Assembly (NCBI GenBank): GCA_048885925.1
Contig: JBHLLG010000039.1
Location: forward strand, 1-24,121
Length of the DNA: 24,121 nt
Origin: Candidatus Hermodarchaeota archaeon
GTDB lineage: Archaea; Asgardarchaeota; Lokiarchaeia; Sigyniarchaeales; SOKP01
Direction: 5' to 3'
The position numbers and the translations under genes were made by a program. The notes under the pieces are model-generated. The model was not told where the DNA came from. It worked only from the letters and a program-made list of their open reading frames with translations, and made no database searches. Positions 17,824 through 24,121 of this stretch are shown piece after piece; the first letter of the stretch is position 1, and every line of letters starts with the position of its first letter.

Positions 17824-18372
17824 TTATACTACTAATACTTTGGTTTTCGGGTGCCTTGATCCCATTCTATTTAACATCATTCTTGTTAATAATGTGAATG
17901 ATTCATTAACATTTTCACCCGTTTTGCTAGAACTTTCCATAAATAGTTTTAAATCCATCAATTTAGCAGCTCTTTGTCCTTCTCTCCAAGAAATTTCTCT
18001 AAAATGATCTAAATCTAATTTACTCCCAAGTAAAATAATTGGAAATCTTTCTCTTGTTTCCTTTATTACTGATAACCAATTACCAATATGAGTAAAGGAA
18101 GAATAATCTGTTATATCATACATTAAAATCCCACCCATGGCACCGTAAATGTATTGAGGAAATATGAATCGAAACCGTTCCTCACCACCAAAATCCCAGA
18201 TTAATAACTTTACTTCCTTTCCATCTATTTCTAAAATCTTTGTTTCAAAATCTACTCCAATAGTGGCCTGTGTACTTGAAATAAATTGATTAGTCATGAA
18301 CCTCTTCCTTAAGGTTGTTTTACCACAACCCGCATCGCCGAAAATAACAACCTTGAAAATTGCGTCATACAT
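17824..18372 (-). CDS. Rab-like small GTPase, paralog 2
   Basis: G1 GDAGCGKT, TIGVDF, KLLIWDFGGEERF, GGILMYDIT, G4 GSKLD, G5 SSK. Clear paralog of 11052-11606. Confidence 0.93.
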   Translation of the reverse strand: MYDAIFKVVIFGDAGCGKTTLRKRFMTNQFISSTQATIGVDFETKILEIDGKEVKLLIWDFGGEERFRFIFPQYIYGAMGGILMYDITDYSSFTHIGNWLSVIKETRERFPIILLGSKLDLDHFREISWREGQRAAKLMDLKLFMESSSKTGENVNESFTLLTRMMLNRMGSRHPKTKVLVV

Positions 18373-18419
18373 CTTAATTCTATTTAATCTCCTATAATAT
18401 CCTTGCTTTATGCATATAT

Positions 18420-18443
18420 ATGTGTAATATTTCTATTACACAT
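18420..18443 (-). promoter_or_regulatory. Perfect hairpin with GAAA tetraloop in the putative 5' leader of Rab-like GTPase 2
   Basis: The minus strand reads ATGTGTAATA-GAAA-TATTACACAT (10-bp stem). Confidence 0.5.
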
Positions 18444-18504
18444 CAACCCTAAGCGCCTGTCTTAAATATTAGGAACAAGATATTTTTAAATCAAAAAAAT
18501 GTAG

Positions 18505-18646
18505 GATACATATATTAACATACATATTTAAATTTTTTTTAAATCTTTAACCAGTTTTTTATGTGTCATGCTCACATTAATGGAAAATTAGATTACTGTA
18601 TTTTTTTTCCGATTTTTTTCATTTTTGTCCCATGAATTTAGGGAAA
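18505..18646 (-). promoter_or_regulatory. Putative promoter (BRE/TATA) plus conserved upstream element of Rab-like GTPase 2
   Basis: Minus-strand TTTAAATA at 18525-18532 preceded by an A-run. Collinear with 11703-11844 at a constant offset of 6802. Confidence 0.6.
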
Positions 18647-18647
18647 T

Positions 18648-19178
18648 TCAAAGGATTTCATCCGACCAATCATTATTATTATCTATCCATTTTGTGTGAA
18701 TTTGAACCTTATATCTATTCTCATATTTTCTAATTCTATGAAAATAATTATTCATATCATCGAAAATATTGATAATTACTTTTTCCTTAGATTTTTCATT
18801 AAATCTCCTATTCTTTATAATATTCTTTATAATTTCTTTTACTTTCTTAACCTTCCAGGTAAAATAGTTTTGAATTTTATATGATTTTTTCTCGGAATAA
18901 AATATGATCTGAAAATTTTTTATGGAGATCAATGGTTTTAATTGACTTTCTGTGAGTGTACCAAATTCGCTTTCTTTCCTTCCAGTTATAAAAAAGATTG
19001 ATTCTGCTTGAATACAGTTTTTTTCATAAAATTTAATAAAATCAGGATATAGATTAACATTATTCCCGTTTTTGATAACCTCTTTAACTGTAGTTCTTCT
19101 TGATCCATTCCTATTAAAATTAGAGAAGATTGGAGGCATAATGCATCCATCAATGTCAAAAATATACAATTCTCTCAT
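18648..19178 (-). CDS. HAD-superfamily hydrolase-like protein
   Basis: Motif I IFDIDGC, motif II FFITGRK, Lys-rich motif III region, motif IV IFDD. Confidence 0.75.
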   Translation of the reverse strand: MRELYIFDIDGCIMPPIFSNFNRNGSRRTTVKEVIKNGNNVNLYPDFIKFYEKNCIQAESIFFITGRKESEFGTLTESQLKPLISIKNFQIIFYSEKKSYKIQNYFTWKVKKVKEIIKNIIKNRRFNEKSKEKVIINIFDDMNNYFHRIRKYENRYKVQIHTKWIDNNNDWSDEIL

Positions 19179-19427
19179 GAAATCATCAACAACTAATTAA
19201 TAGTGTCAATCTTTATTAATTTTCAAACGGTGCCAGAATTTTGATTTAAAATAATTATAATAATTCTATCAAGGTATTGTAAAATTTTTTTTTATTAGTA
19301 GTTAAACATGAAAATAAATATTAACAAAAAATTTTATTATACTATTATGTATAATTCAAATACGTAAACTCAAAGTAATTTATCTATTCTTAAAATCATT
19401 TAAATAAATAGAGATAAGGGTGGAAAA

Positions 19428-20510
19428 ATGAAAAATTCTCAATTAAAACGAATTTTAATAGTAATAAAAGTTGTAATTATCGCCTTAACTATTTTAATAT
19501 TCATTCCAATGACAAGCTCGGGGATTTATATGATTGTAATTACATATGATAGACCCTATACTGTAGATTTGACTCGTTTCTTCACAGCTTGGCCCGCTAT
19601 GATAATACTCATTATTGGAATTTGCTTAAACTTCTTTTCTATCAAGGATAAAGAGAGCTTTCGATTTATTAGTGATATCGGATTGGGCCTTACTGTCACT
19701 AGTTTTCTTTTAAGTTATATAATGAGTAGTGTATTCTATTATACAGCAGATATCACCAATAGGACATTCATTTACAATATTAACTTTTATCTTGTTATTG
19801 CTATTATGGGAATCATGATTTTCGAAAGATTCCTGACTATGTACGATAGAAAGAAGGAAATTTTTGATTCAGAAGTTGTTTCAAAATCGAAAGGATTATT
19901 TAAAAAAGGATTGAAAAAACTAGGTAAAATGGCAGGTGACATGGTTGGAGATATGGTTGAAGATAAATTAGCTGAAGTTACAAGGGATTCAGGTCTTGCA
20001 GATATGGTTGGTGATCTTGCTGATAAAGGTGTTACAAAATTAACCCAAGCAGGACTATCAAAATTGGCAGAAAAAGGTATAAGCCCTCCTAAAACTAAAG
20101 GCTTACTGAAAAAAGGCTTGAAGGGAGTTACAAAAAAAGTAGGGAAAATTGCTGGTGATATGGTGGGAGATGCAATTTCTGATCTTACAGGTAAAACAGA
20201 CTTTGGTGAAATGGTAGGAAAATATGCTGAAAAAGGAGTTTCAAAACTTACAGAAACTGCATTAGGCACAAAACCTACATCCATCCCCCAACCAAATACC
20301 ACATACGTAACACCAGAACCTATAAAAATCGACTATAAAAAAAGAATACTTGGGATTATCAAAACAAAAAAACAAGTAAAAATTGAATATATCGAAAGTA
20401 TCCTAAAATTAAATCGCATTGAAATAATCGGGATGATATATGAACTAATCGGGAAGGGAAAAATCGAAGGCGAGTTTAATTCTGATGACACCGAATTTAC
20501 ATTAAAATAA
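19428..20510 (+). CDS. Hypothetical membrane protein: 4 TM, internal Gly/Lys-rich repeats, C-terminal winged-helix (PCI-like) domain
   Basis: Four hydrophobic segments in about the first 135 aa, a duplicated KxKGLxKKGLK...AGDMVGD...KGVxKLT unit, a Pro/Thr linker, and a C-terminal IYELIGKGKIEGEF. Confidence 0.7.
   Translation: MKNSQLKRILIVIKVVIIALTILIFIPMTSSGIYMIVITYDRPYTVDLTRFFTAWPAMIILIIGICLNFFSIKDKESFRFISDIGLGLTVTSFLLSYIMSSVFYYTADITNRTFIYNINFYLVIAIMGIMIFERFLTMYDRKKEIFDSEVVSKSKGLFKKGLKKLGKMAGDMVGDMVEDKLAEVTRDSGLADMVGDLADKGVTKLTQAGLSKLAEKGISPPKTKGLLKKGLKGVTKKVGKIAGDMVGDAISDLTGKTDFGEMVGKYAEKGVSKLTETALGTKPTSIPQPNTTYVTPEPIKIDYKKRILGIIKTKKQVKIEYIESILKLNRIEIIGMIYELIGKGKIEGEFNSDDTEFTLK
19884..20270 (+). 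repeat. Intragenic imperfect duplication (two ~60-70 aa units)
   Basis: KSKGLFKKGLKK..GKMAGDMVGD..DMVGDLADKGVTKLT versus KTKGLLKKGLKG..GKIAGDMVGD..EMVGKYAEKGVSKLT. Confidence 0.75.
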
Positions 20511-20848
20511 TTAAAGCCCATCTCAAAACGTCAAGAAAAAATTGGAAACTTTCATACTATACAATTATTTTTTTTTCCTATCAAATCCTGAAATTACTCA
20601 GAATCTTAGATTTTGTATCCCAATTAGCAATAGATTTTAAGTATTATTTCATCCATATTCTAAAGAATTATTGAATGTTAGAAAGCTTAAGAATTCAAAA
20701 CTAAATGAATAAAAATATTGTTGCTAATTCTTTCTTTTTATATGTGAAATTTTTCTTTTGGCTAAATATTATGACACTTTTCACAAATAACGCACAAGTT
20801 TTAATAGTACCTTCTTTTAAACATCTTCAGAATAGTTATTAAATAAAA

Positions 20849-20992
20849 ATGAAAGATAAATTATTTAGAAGAACGTACCAATATATATGTACTGAATGTA
20901 GGGAATTTTCTCATTCTTTATATGATTATTGTGAGCTATGTGGAACTAAAAATTCTCTCCGAACCGCGAATAAGGATGATTACAAAGAATAA
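20849..20992 (+). CDS. 47-aa CxxC-x10-CxxC zinc-ribbon microprotein
   Basis: ATG 20849 to TAA 20990-20992: MKDKLFRRTYQYICTECREFSHSLYDYCELCGTKNSLRTANKDDYKE. Below the ORF-track size cutoff. Confidence 0.75.
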   Translation: MKDKLFRRTYQYICTECREFSHSLYDYCELCGTKNSLRTANKDDYKE

Positions 20993-21168
20993 AGCAAAAG
21001 TTTTATTTTTATAATTCTTATCCACGCACTTTCCTAAAAAGAGTATTTTTTTAACCAATTGAGTTCTTATCCTAATTCAATAGAGATTTTGAGACATTTT
21101 CACCTCCTAAATGAGATGAAAAATTTACACTTTTTTTATAAAAAGTCTAATATCTTAATTTATAACAC

Positions 21169-21897
21169 TTATATAAATTGATCAAATTTATTTCCGCATT
21201 TTAAACAATAAATTGCATTTAGCTTATGTGGAACTCCGCAATTAGGACAATATTTTATGCTTTTTTCAAGATGATTTGAGTTTAAAGCAATTGATTCTTG
21301 TTGTATTTGAATTGGTACTCCCTTCAACTTTACCTCTGCTATTTCTTTCTTCTTTTTCGATTTTTCTGAAATTCCAACACAAATTCCAACAAATCCTCCA
21401 ATAATAATTATTGCTATGATTGGATATAAAATTGATTCAAATCCATTACCTGAATCACCACGATCTAACATAACATCATAGGTTAAATAAGTTGTTTGCA
21501 TATCAGGATCGTTATTAAAGAAAATTATATACCAGTGATCATAAGAAGGAGGTTTAAATATTCCTGAATCTCTATAATATGATCCATCAGAAAGGGAGTA
21601 GTAATAATATATTCCAAGGTTTTGAAACTTTGAATATTCTATATCTGTCATTGCCATGACTCGAATACCTACATAATTATTTGTCCCAGAGAACTCCCAT
21701 TCAAATCTATCATCCTCTCCAGCATTAGCATGAAAACCAACAGACTCACCATATGCTAAGGAACACTCATAAGATAATCGAACTTCAAAAATCTTTCTTT
21801 CATTAATAGGTTTAATCTCTGGATGATAACCGAGAAATATTGCTGTATTTAAGAATAAGAGGATATTTAATATTAATAAAAAGCCCTTTTTTGTCAT
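21169..21897 (-). CDS. Single-pass membrane protein with extracellular beta-rich domain and cytoplasmic zinc ribbon
   Basis: Signal-like N-terminus, aromatic-rich beta domain, TM (ILYPIIAIIIIGGFVGICVGI), KSKKKK stop-transfer, C-terminal YCPNCG-x7-YCLKCG. Confidence 0.8.
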   Translation of the reverse strand: MTKKGFLLILNILLFLNTAIFLGYHPEIKPINERKIFEVRLSYECSLAYGESVGFHANAGEDDRFEWEFSGTNNYVGIRVMAMTDIEYSKFQNLGIYYYYSLSDGSYYRDSGIFKPPSYDHWYIIFFNNDPDMQTTYLTYDVMLDRGDSGNGFESILYPIIAIIIIGGFVGICVGISEKSKKKKEIAEVKLKGVPIQIQQESIALNSNHLEKSIKYCPNCGVPHKLNAIYCLKCGNKFDQFI

Positions 21898-22003
21898 TTT
21901 GTAGTTTGCCCATTCTCTTTGTTGCTATTTATAATAATTTCTGAATTTTTTGTCTAAAAGATATCTAACTCATTATTTAAATTTTATTACCTCTCAATTA
22001 AGA

Positions 22004-23473
22004 TTACATTTCAAATGATCCATTTTTATCTAGTAGGATTACTTGAATGTCAGAACCCTTGAATAACTTTTGAAAAAATTCAGGATGCTCCGTATGAATT
22101 GGAATTAGATACTTAGGCTTAACCTCTTCAATAAAGTTAATAATATCGTGCGGAGTGGCATGACCCGAAGCATGAATCCGATATGAAGGAATTCCATAAG
22201 GCTCTAGCCGCTTTCTAATAGTATTTGTATTGTCAAAAAATTCTTCTGAATAAGGATCTATACTCGAAGATATGAATAAACCCCTTTTCGTAAAATCTAA
22301 ATTATTTATTAATCCACTATGCAACCGGGTTATATAAATAAAAAATTTATCCTTCAAATTTCTTAAATCGCGATACTCAAGAAATCTTTCTCCTTTTTCT
22401 CTTTTATATAATGTCTGCCTGACTTTTTGCTGCCATTTCTGTTTTGCTGAGCCCCTTTTCAAAATTAATATATGATCATCATTAATGATATTTGGCTCTC
22501 TCATTGTTTCATGGATAGCTTTCTTATTTAATAGATGGTAGAAATAAGCATCCTTCTCCGTTATAATATACTTCCAACCATACTTTTTTGCCATATTTGA
22601 AAACGTTCTGAAGCGGTCCCAATCAATCCGATCATACTTAACCATAATAAAATCAAATGGATTGTTCATGAATATCCTTTCTAAATTTTCCTCGACATAC
22701 TGTTCGGACTCTACAATTCCTTTGTCAATTTTGGTGCCTTCACATATTAAAACTTTTAATCCCTCTGATATTAAGTCCTGCTGGTTCTCACTTAGTTCAG
22801 CTTTGGTTAGAACCGTCTTATTTGACTTAATCTCTTGCAAAAACTCCTCTGTCATATGCGATAACAGCCCATGCCTTCGAAAATCTCCTGTATACACCAC
22901 TGTTCCGGCTGAAGTGTATATAATAAATCCATACGCCGCCGGAACGGAATGATCTACATGAAACGGCGTGATTTTCATTCCTCTAATGTCCAAGATATCG
23001 CCAGTTCTGAATGTGTGCCATTTTAGGTTATTAAAGTTATTCGCAATCGTCGATCGTGCTGATTTACAAAAAGCTCGGATAATTCTTTTAGTGACAACTC
23101 CCGTGTAGATAGGAATAGCCCGATTGACAAACGACAAGCCAAAATAATGATCCTTATGTGGATGAGAGATTAAAATTCCATCTACATTTGAGGGATTTGG
23201 CTGATTAATTTCTTTCGAACATGCTTCACTTAAATATAGATTTTGAATAGGAATGCTGTCCTCCCGAGGTAATAAGCTATATTGGATGATTTCTGGAATC
23301 GATAACGGCAACTCTCCACGCTCATATTTATCATAATAATTTTTAATTTTGATGCCGAAATCTATAAAAATTTTAACATTATACCCCTCATCCTCCAACA
23401 GGACAATATTTCCGCCAACCTCGTTTGCCCCACCTAATACAGTTAATCTTATTGTACTTGTCTTTTGCTCCAT
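22004..23473 (-). CDS. RNase J-like metallo-beta-lactamase/beta-CASP nuclease
   Basis: LGGANEVGGN, IDFG, ISHPHKDH, VDHS, YTGDFR, CEGT, HASGHA, IPIHTE. AGGAGG SD upstream. Confidence 0.9.
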   Translation of the reverse strand: MEQKTSTIRLTVLGGANEVGGNIVLLEDEGYNVKIFIDFGIKIKNYYDKYERGELPLSIPEIIQYSLLPREDSIPIQNLYLSEACSKEINQPNPSNVDGILISHPHKDHYFGLSFVNRAIPIYTGVVTKRIIRAFCKSARSTIANNFNNLKWHTFRTGDILDIRGMKITPFHVDHSVPAAYGFIIYTSAGTVVYTGDFRRHGLLSHMTEEFLQEIKSNKTVLTKAELSENQQDLISEGLKVLICEGTKIDKGIVESEQYVEENLERIFMNNPFDFIMVKYDRIDWDRFRTFSNMAKKYGWKYIITEKDAYFYHLLNKKAIHETMREPNIINDDHILILKRGSAKQKWQQKVRQTLYKREKGERFLEYRDLRNLKDKFFIYITRLHSGLINNLDFTKRGLFISSSIDPYSEEFFDNTNTIRKRLEPYGIPSYRIHASGHATPHDIINFIEEVKPKYLIPIHTEHPEFFQKLFKGSDIQVILLDKNGSFEM

Positions 23474-23615
23474 TTTTGACCCTCCTAACCTCTATATAAC
23501 CTTAATTGAACATCTCATATAAACTAGAATATTTTAAAGAGATACTAGGAAGGTGAATTTCGAACCTCTATACTATTAAAATATATAACAAAAAAGAGAA
23601 AAAATAAGACTAGTT

Positions 23616-23957
23616 TTAAATTTTATAAATGTTTCTTCTTTTTTTTACAACAACAATACTCACAGCTACTACGATTCCACCTTCAGTAACGGAAACAATA
23701 ATAATAAATGACCCTCAATCTTGACCATCTGGTAGTTCTCGTTCTGAAATATTCATAATAACCTTATCAAAAAAAACAACCTTTCCTCTTGAATCTTTAA
23801 AAGCTATTCTATAACATAATTCCACTAAAACACTCCTATTAACAGGAAATTCGACATTATCTTCATAATCCCACTGCGTCTAGGGAATAACTTTCCAATT
23901 AACTTTTTTAAAACGTTTTACTCCATCCTCTTATTTGAAATACTTTAAAGCGACTTC
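23616..23957 (-). pseudogene. Decayed C-terminal part of a surface-anchored protein
   Basis: One frame reads EVALKYFK*EDGVKRFKKVNWKVIP*TQWDYEDNVEFPVN...ELPDGQD*GSFIIIVSVTEGGIVVAVSIVVVKKRRNIYKI*. TM plus basic tail, with three internal stops (23931-33, 23880-82, 23715-17). Confidence 0.55.
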
Positions 23958-24121
23958 AAAAAAATTTAAATAACAACGAAATATAAATATATTTTGAAGA
24001 AAGCTAATGCGAAAATCGAAGAAGAATAAGATTATCCGGATAATTACATTTGTTTTGTCAATATTCTATTTAATTCTATTTTGTTATATGAAAAATTCAT
24101 TTGCCGTAACTAATAATAATT

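Noticed and set aside
17824-17850. CaaX-like prenylation signal at the GTPase C-terminus (KTKVLVV)
   Set aside because: Basic-then-aliphatic tail, but no cysteine.
19787-20302. 171-aa antisense ORF
   Set aside because: Shadow of the repetitive sense-strand coding region; no independent motif or start context.
16951-20780. Recurring TGTGTCA/TGACAC words in spacers (about 16955, 18562, 20772)
   Set aside because: Too short and too few to distinguish from background without a genome-wide count.
212-22952. Other short overlapping ORFs in the track (e.g. 212-400, 1346-1573, 7501-7761, 8064-8276, 9291-9971, 10842-11078, 12533-12751, 13416-13637, 15838-16455, 17226-17492, 18696-18884, 20333-20521, 22662-22952)
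   Set aside because: All lie antisense or out of frame within well-supported genes and have no recognisable motifs.
23616-23957. Stop-codon reassignment (TGA=Trp or other alternative code)
   Set aside because: All three stop types interrupt the remnants, and intact genes here terminate with TGA (hydB, hydD, MFS), TAG and TAA while using TGG for Trp.
1-24121. CRISPR array, tRNA/rRNA, IS element or provirus
   Set aside because: No regularly spaced direct repeats, no GC-rich structured RNA segment, and no transposase, integrase or terminal inverted repeats were seen.

Overview
AT-rich archaeal chromosomal window, most consistent with an Asgard archaeon (Lokiarchaeia/Promethearchaeia). This is inferred from the Rab-like small GTPases, a roadblock/LC7 protein, a domain I recognise as expanded in Lokiarchaeia, and archaeal BRE/TATA and GGTGA/GGAGG sites. 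It encodes a DUF6125-like protein, an LVIVD-repeat surface protein, a hemerythrin-like protein, a LigB/YgiD dioxygenase, a wHTH regulator divergent from an MFS transporter, and a complete four-gene group 3b [NiFe] sulfhydrogenase operon (beta-gamma-delta-alpha). It also holds two paralogous Rab-like GTPases, an ATC-hydrolase-like protein, a tandem DUF3592 membrane protein, DUF763, a degenerate GTPase fusion protein, a roadblock protein, a HAD-like protein, two unusual membrane proteins and an RNase J-type nuclease. Elements missed by the ORF track are a 47-aa zinc-ribbon gene, three gene remnants (longin-like, a fixC/fixX deletion fusion, and a surface-protein tail) and an N-terminal extension of the DUF3592 gene that lacks a canonical start codon. 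The most notable signals are (i) a gap-free, collinear promoter plus 41-bp upstream element shared by the two Rab-like genes 6.8 kb apart and (ii) a co-oriented Rab-like GTPase / roadblock / pseudo-GTPase cluster. No rRNA, tRNA, CRISPR array or transposase was seen.
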